Source: Tubiluchus corallicola
Taxonomy: Eukaryota; Animalia; Priapulida
DNA: 64,000 nt
Direction: 5' to 3'
Assembly: GCA_030141605.1 (NCBI GenBank)
Contig: JAQGDQ010000009.1
Coordinates: forward strand, 1,364,001 to 1,428,000
The notes beneath the pieces are model-generated. The model was given only the letters and a program-made list of their open reading frames with translations. It did no database searches and was not told the DNA's origin. Shown here in pieces: positions 52,772 to 64,000 of the stretch. A program made the position numbers and the translations under genes. Numbering within the stretch: the first letter of the stretch is position 1; each line of letters starts with the position of its first letter.

Positions 52772-55699
52772 GTTAGCAGTTTTTATATTGTAAACCGCAA
52801 ACTGCAAAAAACGTTGGCCATATTAACTATTCCTCAATGTTCAGCAAATAATTATTTACATGCTTAGTTTTGTTTTACAAAATTTCGTTATTTCTGTGTT
52901 TACAGCTTTTTATTAGAAGCTAATTGCTGGCTTGTTCTTTGTAGCGCGGCGCCCTCTATTGGTTGAAAACATTGGCATTGCATAACGCTCGCCAATGCGA
53001 CTCGGATCAAGCAGCACAATGTTATACTGTTGCTAACTTACCACTCAGTTACCAGCCTGTTACTAGGTTTAGTGTTATCGTTAGTTTTTTAGTTCTTTGT
53101 ACGCATTCTAATGAAAAAGTTGCAAATGGACAATAACCAAATTTGCAGATGAATGATAAAAACTACTAATGAACTACTACATCATCAAGTTTTTCGAGAC
53201 TTTGATGATGGTTACGGTTAAAAGTCGATATTTTACAAAACAACTGTTTCAACGGGAATTACTGGTGTAAACAAACGCAAATAAATTAAAAATAACCGTT
53301 TTCACGTCACGTTGACGTCCTTGCTGCCGCCGTCATTACCGTTAGGAAAGTTTAAACCAGTTGTAGATGTACAAATTCTGTTAATGTAAAATACGCTTTA
53401 AACCTAAACAACAGTTGAAACTATAAGTGCTGAGCCTGAAATAAGCCAAAAATCTTTTAAAGGGGTAGAAAGTCAGCCAGGCAACGGCAGGCCTTGTGTT
53501 TTCATCAGAGTTTCAGTTTTTTACTCTAAAATAAATTCGATGACGTTTTATTTACGCATTGCGCAAATCGTAGTGCCATAAATCTTGTTCGAAAGTGCAT
53601 AATAGCTATATTTATCTCAAGCAAATACCACGGACATTTATAGTCCTAGCAAATTTGCAGCGTTTGCCAGAAATACGTGTTTTGAGGACGCCACGAACTA
53701 CAAGTTTAGTACAACACCTTAACTTACACGCAGAGCTAAAAACGCGATAATAATTTTTAAACAGATTGGCTGTTTATCGAAGGTTACATTATAGTTTGCA
53801 TATGAATCGCCGTACACCAGAACAAAATGTTTAAAGGAAACCATGGCAAGAAACAACAGATTGCTAAACCATTAACAAAGACTCAGTCTAAATGACCAAA
53901 ATGTTAAAAAGTAAAATACAAGCATTACACTTCGTTAGAGAAGCCTGGGAGGTTTCAGCAAAAATGTAGGGCACTCAGCAGGAAACCAATGAAACGAAAT
54001 TAACGAAGAGAAATTACTCTTAAATGTGTTACGGTAAAGTTTAAAGACTTTCTGTGACCTTCACATGACCTTTAACGTCAGCTGTACAAACACACCGAGT
54101 TTTAGACTTTATTTCAATAATGATCATGACCTAGCTTAAACCTCAGCGGGAAAACAAAAATAAACATTTTACTAACATATCAATAGCTAAAAGCTGAGCC
54201 ACAGTCAATAATCACTAGTAATCAGTCAGAAGTTAAAAGTTGAATAATCAATGCGAAGCTAGGATGTGGGTCAAAGATTTTAATTTTAACGACCACGACC
54301 ACGACGCAGAAGAAAACTTCTCTCAAAGTATTAGCGCCACTTTCGTTCTTATAAAAGCAAATAAATTCTTTTCTATGCTAAATTTCGGTCTGCCTAGGCG
54401 TAACAAATCGCCAAGGGGTCCTGCCGCAGAAATGATTTTTTTACAGGCAACCATTATTGCTCTTTTGTAATTTCTGTCAGATTTCTGAACACGGAAGGAA
54501 TTAAAATCAGCGAATAATACCAGTTTTCAACTGAACGGCAAAAAATTGCGAAAAAGTGCAGAGCACAATATAAAAATGTGAAATAGCTTACAAACTGTAG
54601 ATATTCTCATTTCTTATCTGGCCTTAACGACATAAGCTTGGATGTAAAAGTAGCCAATAGTCACGACTTGTGCTTGCCTACTATAGTTAAACAACGCTGA
54701 GCTTGGTTAGTGAATCAGAATGAATGGGCGAGGGATTTATACTGTTCTTTCTCACTTATTTCTAAAGTTTACGTTCCATCCTAAAAGTCAAAAGCATCTT
54801 CTTTGTTAACATGATAGTTTGCTTTCTCTGTCTCACTACAACTACATACTTTTCTAGTAGTAGGCCTTGTCTAATGTGCAGATTTCTAAGCTATACATCC
54901 CTATGCCTATATAAGCCGCCCATGTGTCCCTCCACGATTAAGTAATAGATTAGCATTCGTGACGTATATTTCATTGTTCTTCACAGTTATAAACGACCCA
55001 ATTGGAGCATCGGGCCCTTTTGCCGATTCCCCTAAAATGTTATCTTCATTTTAAAGGCATTTAGACATTTAAACTCTTTTACATACTTTATGAGCTCTCT
55101 ACTTTGTAGCTGTTCACATTCTAATGCTTTCAACAAAATCCCAAAAAATTTTAAGGGGCTCAGTTTGGCCTTTTTTTTATTTTAGCCTATTCTGTTATAC
55201 GATGGTTCCTCATCTATCGCCACTAACCATAACTCACACATAGGTTGCAGCTTAAAAAGCCCAAGAAGCCACTCAATCATCTCTTAAAACGAAAAATGCC
55301 CGCGGGACGTACAAAATCCAGATGAGGTTTCAGGCGCCTTCTCTGCACATGCTACTGGGAAAAATGAAGCCATAATACTGCAAGCACTTATCAGCTGCAC
55401 TTGGTAAAACCCTTGAAATGGGGCTGAGGAGATGAGTCTGGAATTCGAATCCTAATCCATTAATGAACGGCGGGTATAAGTTTGAATTGCGTCCATCTGT
55501 AGAGTTTCTCTTAACACTGCAGAGTTAGTAGTAATACTACCAAACAATGACAAACAAAGGATTTAACATTCAGTTAATGTTTACAGCCTTGTGTAGTGTA
55601 TGTATAAGTACTAAATATACATGTGCTTGAACACTACACAGCCACAAATAATCAAAAGATTCTCCTTTTCCTAATGCAATATATTATTCCCAATGCATT

Positions 55700-56480
55700 A
55701 CAGCGTTTCACTTTTACGGTTTCGTATTTAACAGTGGTCAAAGCTCTGTTAGGAGTTTGCCTCCAGAAGGCAAATGATCCTGTGCTACTAGATGTTTGGA
55801 TTGCCTTTTGCGGTTGCATTTATCAAAAATAAGCCGAAAAAGCTTGTGCAAAAAATACTTGTAGAGAGCAGAGACATGAGAGATGGTCCTTTATGAAAAT
55901 GTGGTCATTGTGTAACAATGAACAAAATCGAACATATACCAGGTGCTAGATATTTAAATGCAGTTCTAGCTGCCGATCACACAGAACCAGACATCACAAA
56001 ACGCAAAGTATCAGTTCAACGGTCGCAGCGTACAAAATTTAGAATCTATGTCAGTTTGAATCCGACGCTATAGCTACGTCGCGATTCTTCTCACCGGCTG
56101 GCATTAAACACTAGCCGTTGGTCAAGAACCTCACAAAATCATAGGTTGTGCACCTGTGGGCTGACTGAAAATCATGTTGTGTGCGACTGTGCTAGAATAA
56201 AGGAAATAAGGAAAGAATTCAATGATTTGGACTTCACCAATTTAAAAAACTTTTTCGACAACTTCACAACATCTGCAACAACATCTCCATGTGTAAATGT
56301 ACTCACATGATTTTAAACCTGTACTGATAATTGTTATTTTATTATTGAAAATATTATTATTGATTTGGATATAATTATCACAGGTGTCCGTTGCTTTGTC
56401 CGCTGGTTGTTTTAAAGGACTTTTTTGAAAAATTAATTGTAATGATTTATTTACTGTGTTAATAAAATTACTGCTAATAC
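55700..56480 (+). mobile_element. Decayed 3' end of an L2/Crack-type non-LTR retrotransposon
   Basis: Broken translation ...RTKFRIYVSLNP.. SSHRLALNTSRWSRTSQNHRLCTCG..TENHVVCDC.. resembles the SH.L.IE.GRW..RLC.C..E.H...C C-terminal motif of this clade; AT-rich tail with AATAAA at about 56461. Confidence 0.65.
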
Positions 56481-56889
56481 GTAGAATCTACACAGTGTAA
56501 CAACAATGCAACCGTTCCAGGGAACATAAAAACAGTCAGCCTGACACATCAGCCTATCTTGTGGAAACAAAACTTGTGGTTATGAATCTTTTTCCTTAAT
56601 ATACATGATCTACAGCCACTCATGTAAGCCTGAATCTCGCTCTTGTCAAAAGAAAGCAATTTGTGGATATCATACAATTTTGAGTAATACAGAAATATCC
56701 CTATTTGAGGACAAGAAGCCACGGTAGGTACCAAAATTGTGCAGATCAGGTCCTCTGCCAACAAAAAACTATCCCCAAAGAAGCTTGAGCACAGACGGAC
56801 ATGAAGCCATTAATGAAGGCATGAAAACGTTATTGTGAAATGAAGACGTTCCTGCTCGAAGCCGTTCCTTCAAAGATAAAGACAGTGTG

Positions 56890-57311
56890 GCATTTCTGTG
56901 GACATGAAGATATTGTGGTGACATTGGTATTCTCACAGACATGAACATAAGGTGGTAACTAAGAGCCATTCTTGCAGACATGAAGATATTGTGGTAACAT
57001 AAAGCTATTCCCACAGACATGAAGATATTGTGGTGACATTGGCCATTCCCACAAATAGATTGGTATTGTGGTAACAAAAAGTCATTCCTATAAATATAAA
57101 GATATTGTGGTAACAAGAAACGATTCCTATAAACATGAAGGTATTGGGGTAACAACAAAACATTCCTGTAAACATGAAGGTACTCTGGTAACAAGAAACC
57201 ATTCCTGTAAATATGAAGGTATTGTGATAATAAGAAACGATTCCTGTAAACATGAAGGTATTGTGGTAACCAGAAGCCAGTCCCGTAAACATGAAGGCAT
57301 TGTGGTGACAT
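56890..57311. repeat. Minisatellite, about 39-bp unit, roughly 11 copies
   Basis: Unit approx. GTAAACATGAAGGTATTGTGGTAACAAGAAACCATTCCT; produces 13-aa periodicity in overlapping ORFs. Confidence 0.92.
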
Positions 57312-57469
57312 GCAATAAAAAAATCTTGCTGGCATGAATTAACAAGAACAATGGCTGAGACTGCACCAGTCTGAAAGAGGACCAGTCTTAGATAAGACAA
57401 AGCTAGAATAGGTGATGCTAGAAAGACTAAGGCAAAATCAATAGACCAAAAAATGTAATGGCAACGGCA

Positions 57470-57530
57470 ATAGTTACAACAACAGCAACAGCAGCAACAA
57501 CAATAGCATCAACAAGCAACAACAAAAGTA
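57470..57530. repeat. Imperfect (CAA/CAG)n microsatellite
   Basis: acaacaacagcaacagcagcaacaacaatagcatcaacaagcaacaac. Confidence 0.8.
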
Positions 57531-58218
57531 ACACAAATGTGTTAGTGCCACAGACTGGTTTTTCTTGAAGCTGTTCTCATCCTTTTCTTTCAAATTTACT
57601 TTAACATTTTTTACCTACAGGTTTTATCTTTTGATTTTGCTTTTCTTACGTTCTCTCTAAATTTTAATAACTATAAACGTTAGACTCTTCTTTTTCTTCA
57701 TCTTTTCTCTTATTGTTCACGGTCAGTATGATTTTTCAAATGATCTCTTTTCATTTTATCGTCTGACCGTGACGACTGAAGAAGAAAAGAAAAAAAACAG
57801 AAAAAAAATTATTACAAACAAGATGAGTAGAAGAAAAATCGTAAAAGTAATAGTACGAATGTGTGAATGAAACAAAAAAACAAAGAAACAAGTTAAAGGA
57901 ATAGACAAAAACAGGTTAGGAAAGTAGAAAAAACTACAGAACATGACAAGAATGCACACATGTAATCAGAAATATGCATTTTTCACCAGTGGTTTCAAGA
58001 CTAAATTATTTGTGCACAGATATTTGGACGTCTGACTAACAGTTACCATAATAGTCGCTGACATTTAGTCACGCCGAGTGTGAAAGCCTACTCGGTGTGC
58101 ATGTATATGTAACTATTATATGTATCTTTGCAGCCAAACTTTGGTTGTTTGCAAATTTCAGATGGTCCGAATTCCTCGCTCTTTGTGGCAACAAAACTGT
58201 TTTAGAATTCCGGCAACT

Positions 58219-58241
58219 GTCTCCATGGCAACGGTGATTGG
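58219..58241. promoter_or_regulatory. Candidate RFX X-box next to an inverted CCAAT box
   Basis: GTCTCCATGGCAAC (58219-58232) fits the 14-bp X-box; GATTGG follows 3 nt later; extra GGCAAC half-sites at 58187 and 58212; locally CpG-rich. Confidence 0.4.
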
Positions 58242-59554
58242 TCTGTAAAATCTCAATCCGGGCTGCCGATGCAGAAACGTATGTAATCGGAGAAGGAAAA
58301 GTTGAACAACCACTGTCAACAGATAACACAGGAATGCGTCTTGCAGGCCTCGTGAGTCCAGCATATGTTACAAACGCAGTGTTATTTTATATAAGTTGAC
58401 TTGTTCTACATTTGAACATTTTTAGTACCAGGATACACGGTATTATTCGCTCTGTCATGGTAAAATGAACGCATGCGGGTCATAGTAAATAAATTAAAAT
58501 GAACTCGTGACCGTTTTTCAAGTATGACAGCTACATATACCATAGCCCATTCAGCTTTCCCTAAAGCATCAGATTATCATCTTCCGTAACTGTATATATT
58601 GCCGGAAAGATGTCATTAGGGCAGTTGTAATTGTGTTTTTTATGATGAAAAATATCTGCCATTTTCCTGGGCTTCCGAGAGCGTGAACTGTTTTGCTGCC
58701 GGATTGCCGCGAACAGAGTTTTTTCTGGAACTTTTTAGACCAGTTCGACCCGCGTTCTATTCGTTGAATCCTTACATATCCCGGCCAATCAATGGATACT
58801 AACACATCTCAGTGCTAGTATCTGGCATATCAGTGTTTAGTGCGGTTGGCAGTCAGCCAATTAATTGGTTCTCCGAAATTCAAAGTTTTGCTCACCAGCC
58901 TGATATTTGAACACCCAGTTGACCGTTGGCAACCAGCCAATTAAATGATTCTCCGAATTTAAAAATTCTGGTAACTTCTAGCCAGTGGTCACACCCATCT
59001 GAAAGGTCAAGTTTGTTCTTCACTGATCCAAAGAGTTTTGCTCTTGAAATTAGAGTTTGTTAATTCAGACAACAATTTTCCAATAAAAGTTCTTGAAAGT
59101 CTGTACTTAAGTGGGATATTAGGATATCCTTGTTATGTAGAAGTAAAAGGAGGTTTACCCAGATAATCATGATTACCGTTTACAAGTGGCAATAATAAGT
59201 TCTTATGCATTAAGCTTTTCATATAACTGGCACAACTGAAAGCGAGAAACTCGTAGAAAGAAACATGACCAAACATTTTTCTTCCCGCTCGACTTAAGTG
59301 ACGGTAATCAAAACAGTTGGTGGACTATCAGTTTTCATCACAGGTATGTTTAAAGAATCATAGTGCTAACCTGAAACATGACCAGGAGTCCACATGCACG
59401 ACAAAGGTATTAAGTCTATTGAAGATACTGGGCAGGCAAAACAGTAAAATGAAAAGAAATCTGCCCCGAAGACAGGTAAACACAACTGTTAATCCAGCAA
59501 AAAACTAGACATCGCTATGCTAGCACCACTTCCGATTTCGGTTATGGAACGTAT

Positions 59555-60128
59555 GCACTACGTTACAGCTAAACACCTCTGAAATAAGAGGTGCAGCACC
59601 TGTTTTTTTGTGCAATGCATTCCGAGATCCAGGTGCTAGTGCCCATCTAAGTAAAAGTATATCATAATGTCACAGACTTGTCTGTATGAATCAAAGGTAG
59701 TCACGATATTTTGCAGGTATTTTTTCGTTAGTTTATAGGATATCCTACCCTATTTTGAAATGCGCTAAAAAGTATACAGTTTAACATCCTTAATAATGCC
59801 AAAGCGTTTCTGGTAATTCATTAGTAGGTTTAAAATTTATTTAACGGCAGGAGAGCGCAACTAGTGATGGGTCACAACAGTACATAGTTTTTAACAGCAT
59901 AAACATTCCATGAGCGTGTTGCACATGTTTTTCTGAAAGCGAAAATTGAAATTAAAATTGTACAACATTCACTATAATAACTCGGCAAGTTTTAAGTTTA
60001 TGAACTTATCGAGTTTAAGTTTTGAGCTATCGGATGTGTGCACTACGTCACAGCTGAACACCTCTGAAATGAGAGCTACAGCACCTGTTTTTTGTGTAAC
60101 CCGTTCCAGGCGTTAGTGCCCATCTAAC
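59555..60128 (+). repeat. Dispersed direct repeat pair (about 90-95 bp, at about 59555-59650 and 60039-60128)
   Basis: TGCACTACGT.ACAGCT.AACACCTCTGAAAT..GAG.T.CAGCACCTGTTTTTTG...TCCAGG.G.TAGTGCCCATCTAA is shared by both copies. Confidence 0.8.
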
Positions 60129-60454
60129 TAGTGCATGGCGAAATGCATGTAACAGCGAAGAACCAGCTGCGCGAACGCGAAATTCCATTTCGGTGGGGTT
60201 CTTTTGCGTCATTCTTGGAAAAAATAGTATGTTCCCATTCAATATTTAAAGTTCATAGTTTAAGATGGTGTCCGGTTTTCCTTTAACATCGAATAAACTG
60301 CAACTAGGTGATCGTTAAACTGTCACTTGAAGCAAAACGTCATTTTAGTTCACATTGTAGATGTGAATTGTATATATAACTGTCTAAGCAACTAACATGA
60401 TTACTTCAATTCAATTCAGTTCAATTCACATTTTTATATCAGATTTTTATACAT

Positions 60455-60628
60455 ACTTCTCTCACAACTTGTTGTGCAATTTCTCTCTGAGAGTAAAGTG
60501 CAACGTGTGAACGGCTTAGCAACTTTTCTCGCAACTTGTTGCAACGCGCGAACGGCTTGGCAACTTCTCTCAGAGAGAAGTTGCGCAACAAGTTACGAGA
60601 GAAGTCTCTATGTCTAAACGCGGCATTA
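60455..60628. mobile_element. Palindromic MITE (Harbinger-like)
   Basis: CTTCTCTCACAACTTGTTGTGCAATTTCTCTCTGAGAG and CTCTCAGAGAGAAGTTGCGCAACAAGTTACGAGAGAAG form an inverted repeat; internal GCAACG.G.GAACGGCTT.GCAAC duplication; right end ATGTCTAAACGCGGCATTA. Confidence 0.65.
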
Positions 60629-62106
60629 GAAATTCACGTAAAAACTATATAAAATAGAAGCCAGTGAGCTCACTTGAGACGGTTTATGTAGAAAATTACC
60701 CTTGGTACAGGTAAAAAATTGGGCAAGGTGAATTAAGGCATTCCAATTGTGTGTGCTCTGCGACTACGGATGGTCAGCATTTAGTGACCTGGACGATTTC
60801 ATTCGCTATACTGATTCGGTCTATTTACCACGTTGAAAGAGGAGGTCTATTGTTGCCCTGGCGTGGCTAAGATACCTTTGCAGGTATAAGTACCATACAG
60901 AATATACTTAATAGTGAGCTAGAGCCCGGTCTTGCTACAACAAGCGCACTACGTACACCCTGTCATTGATCGAATGCTGGATACAGGTTTGCAATACTGG
61001 AAACTGCATAAAAAATTAGCATCCAAATCTACCTCTTCACTACATTTCGAACTACACCTCAAATTTGACAGACGGAGTCCAATACAAGAGAGATGATATG
61101 TTTATAGAACTCTGGAGTCGAATGACCAATGCCGCAGACTGTAATAGAACAACTTAGCAAATCATAAAGTAGCCCTGAATATAGGAACCCCAAAACACAG
61201 TCAGAAATAAATAAAATACCATACACACAGGGCCATATTATGATCTTTGCAGTTCCTACACTAATGAAATTACGAGGCCACTCTCTAACTCGTCCACACC
61301 CGTCTTGAATATTTTTTACTCGTGATATATATGAGCGACATTTACGTAGCTTGAAGTAATTTGTTGCATCAGCTGTTCTTTACGAACTACACTAATTTAC
61401 TGCTTATTGCAAACCAAATTAACACGTATTCGAACACAACCGTTGAAAGACGGATTTCTTTACTCAATGTTACCAAAGGGCCACATTACTAGGTAACTGA
61501 TGTTATCAGCTTCTGTAGCTGATTTGGACTATCGTAATAATTATTGTGTCAGATTCTTATACATGTATAATTAGCTGAGAGAAGAAAAATAAAGTATCCG
61601 ATTACAAGATAATATGAAGGTTTAGCAACCCATTCGTAAAACAGGGAGATTAAATTCTCTAATTATTCATTTAAATTTCAATTTAATTTTTGTTGCGCTT
61701 AATAACTACGGGAAACAAAAGTGCAGAAACGAAATCAGTGAGGTCATGCCAGCAAGAAGGACTGTACGAGTCAACAGCAGTTAGTCAGGCAGAAGCTTTT
61801 TAATCAAACACACATGTAAACTTGTGCGTAACATCCCCATGGCTGCCGCTGCTGTCCTTCATAAAAACTACCATAAATACCAGCCAATCTACAGTAAAAG
61901 AGCAAATGTTGGATGAGCGCAGTTTTGCCCAATTAGTCATTTTCTACGTACAAAAACAACTCACAGCGTATGTAATCAAGATTCTCAGATACCGGATGAG
62001 AAACAGAGTAACGTACATGAATTGATGAATTGGCAGGTTCATAAACAATGACAAAATACCATTACATTATACACCATTGTAAGTGTAAGGATAAAAACTT
62101 ACTCAA

Positions 62107-62211
62107 TATGAAAATTAATGTGCCTGACAATCTTAGGTTCAATGAAAATTAGTATTAAGTATGAAAATTAATGTGCCTGACAATCTTAGGTTGAATGGAA
62201 ATTACTATTAA
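62107..62211. repeat. Tandem duplication, 2 x 53 bp
   Basis: TATGAAAATTAATGTGCCTGACAATCTTAGGTT.AATG.AAATTA.TATTAA twice. Confidence 0.9.
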
Positions 62212-62450
62212 TTGTGATTGCTCATTAGTACACTTTCTAGAATCTAGATGTTTGCTGTGGCATTCGCGAACTCACTTTTCTCTGATTATTTTCTTTAATG
62301 CGCAATTTTAACGAATATCCTCCATCACAAAGCTGTTTTTAATTCTGTGTCTCTCTATCGATCTTTATCTATTTCGTTGCCTATACTTTCAATGTTTTTC
62401 ATACCCTTTCTTCTTTTCTCTGCAAACCCGGTATGCTTCGCATCAAGTAT

Positions 62451-62947
62451 CTTCTTCTTCTTCCCATCTTTTCCCTATTCGGGGTCGCCGTTGTGAATGA
62501 GTCTTCTCCACGCATTCCTGTTGTTGACCATCTCTTCATTTATGTCTTCCCTTCCCACAAGATCTTCACCGACTCTTCTTTTCAGGTGTCCATACCATCG
62601 CAATCTTGCGAGGCTTCCACTACTTTTACTGTTCCTCTGATATTATTTTTTCTAATTTTATCTGTTCTTGTTATTCCCACCATCCATCTCAACATCCTCA
62701 TCTCCACCACACCCATTTTCTTCTCTTTGGTCTTCTTCAGAGAAGCTGCTTCCAGCACATAGATTAGAGCGGGTCTGACCACTTCTTTGTGGACTTTCCC
62801 TTTAAGTCTCACCGACTCATTCATAGAAGGTTTTGGCGCAGTTTTTACAGGCGGATGCCCTTCCTGACCCTAACTCTGCCTATTTATCCGGGCTTGGGAC
62901 CGGCACTGAGTTTGGCTGGCTTGCCCCCCCCCCCCACAGTGGCTAGG
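62451..62947 (-). mobile_element. Non-autonomous, internally deleted RTE-clade retroelement with 14-bp TSD
   Basis: TSD TTCGCATCAAGTAT at 62437-62450 and 62948-62961. 3' tail GGCGACCCC...(GAA)n. RTE ORF C-terminal fragment VRLKGKVHKEVVRPALIY..EMRMLRWMVGITRTDKIR. 5' segment with GGTCCCAAGCCCGGATAAA..GTCAGGAAGGGCATCCG. Confidence 0.85.
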
Positions 62948-64000
62948 TTCGCATCAAGTATATTTAAGTATATTTACTTCTCAAGCATCCACTTACATAC
63001 TTGTTTTTTAAGGTTCTGATCTGATTATACATTGACATAGCTGTTCAAATATATGTAATTATTTGGTTCTAATAAACTTATAACTTATGTGGTTTATAAC
63101 ACTTGAGATGACGTAACTTTAACCTTCTGGAAAGCTACGGGTTCGACTCGGGAAATGAGCGTCGTAAGTTGGTGGCAGGTAACATAAGCGAAAAAAACAT
63201 TAACTACTAAAATTCATTACGATAAGTTTAAACTATCAAAAAGAAAGTTTCAATTCAAGGCTTCCAATTAAGCGATAGAAAATACTTTAGTCCATTGTAT
63301 GTTGATTATTTTAATACCATAACATACCATGACACTCTAACTATCTATTGAAATTCAATGGAATTAATGCTAAAGCCATTAAAATGTGGTCGTCTTTTAC
63401 TGAAAACAGGTACACCAGCCAACACTGAACGAAGAATCCGGACACGTTTTAGAATTTTTGATAATGTTACAGACAAACGCAGTAAGCTTTATATTAAGTC
63501 TTTTTTGAATACAATATCTTCAACATTTACGAGTATTTTTTTATTTTAATGTATTGTTTTTATTTTATTTCTTATAAAAATGTTTAATCATAAGTAATGC
63601 CTATCTACTATAATTTGCAGTTTACTGTCAACCCATAACCGAAATTTTCAACTCATATTTACTAGATAAGCATATTTCTAGAGCATTTGTGCAGGAAGCC
63701 TAAGATGACAAGATTCTAATGACCATGCTGATAACCAACGTACTGGTATGAGACGTAAGGTAAGCTGTTTAATGCGTAACTATGATAAACGTATCCAGGA
63801 CTATTTAGTCTATTTTCTAATTACACAAGAACCAACGAGGACCTCGTAGTAAAGGGTTACGTTAAAATTAAATCATATCTTTGCTCAGGACTCAAATAAT
63901 CAAGCACGTGCTGATCTAAACATAGTCAACGAATGGTCCATGACCCAGAACAGATCTCTGAGACCTTCGGACTGATGAATCTGCCACTGAGCTGCCACTG

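Noticed and set aside
52358-52867. Short ORFs overlapping 52358-52867
   Set aside because: They overlap the U2 snRNA and its promoter; incidental frames.
55430-55460. tRNA B-box-like TTCGAATCC (also GGTTCGACTC at about 63141)
   Set aside because: No A box or cloverleaf; at most degraded SINE fragments.
56890-57311. Regularly spaced repeats resembling a CRISPR array
   Set aside because: Units are contiguous and similar along their whole length, with no unique spacers; eukaryotic context and no cas genes.
60720-61215. Possible decayed LINE (L1/Tx1-like) 3' end
   Set aside because: GC-richer with an AATAAA-type tail, but no protein motif could be recognised with confidence.
63970-64000. CTGATGA, a possible hammerhead ribozyme core
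   Set aside because: No GAAA core half or stems visible before the window ends.

Overview
AT-rich, intron-dense animal (invertebrate, probably protostome) genomic DNA, not prokaryotic; most ORFs in the supplied track are exon fragments or noise. Two large spliced kinase genes converge tail-to-tail. (1) On + (1-18400) is the 3' half of a Roco/LRRK gene of the Drosophila Lrrk / C. elegans lrk-1 type: COR domain, DYG-type kinase and WD40-like C-terminus. I traced 25 complete exons with consistent GT-AG phases, plus a truncated first exon and one candidate cassette exon. (2) On - (51182-23111) is a ROS1/Sevenless-family receptor tyrosine kinase: 45 phase-consistent exons encoding a Cys-rich N-terminus, FN3 and YWTD repeats, a TM helix, the kinase and a long motif-rich tail. 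Its signal-peptide exon was not found. An intact-looking U2 snRNA gene (- strand, about 52522-52711) with PSE-like and TATA-like elements lies just upstream of the first identified ROS1 exon. Introns and the distal 12 kb hold an internally deleted pogo/Tigger element, several MITE families, L2/Crack-type and RTE LINE remnants, a 5S-derived fragment, micro- and minisatellites and local tandem duplications. I see no evidence of a wholly new multi-gene system. The best leads are the ROS1 tail motif array, the TATA-containing and possibly intronic U2 gene, a TSD-flanked bipartite RTE element, opposed poly(A) signals and an intronic 44-bp hairpin. All calls were made by eye, without database searches.
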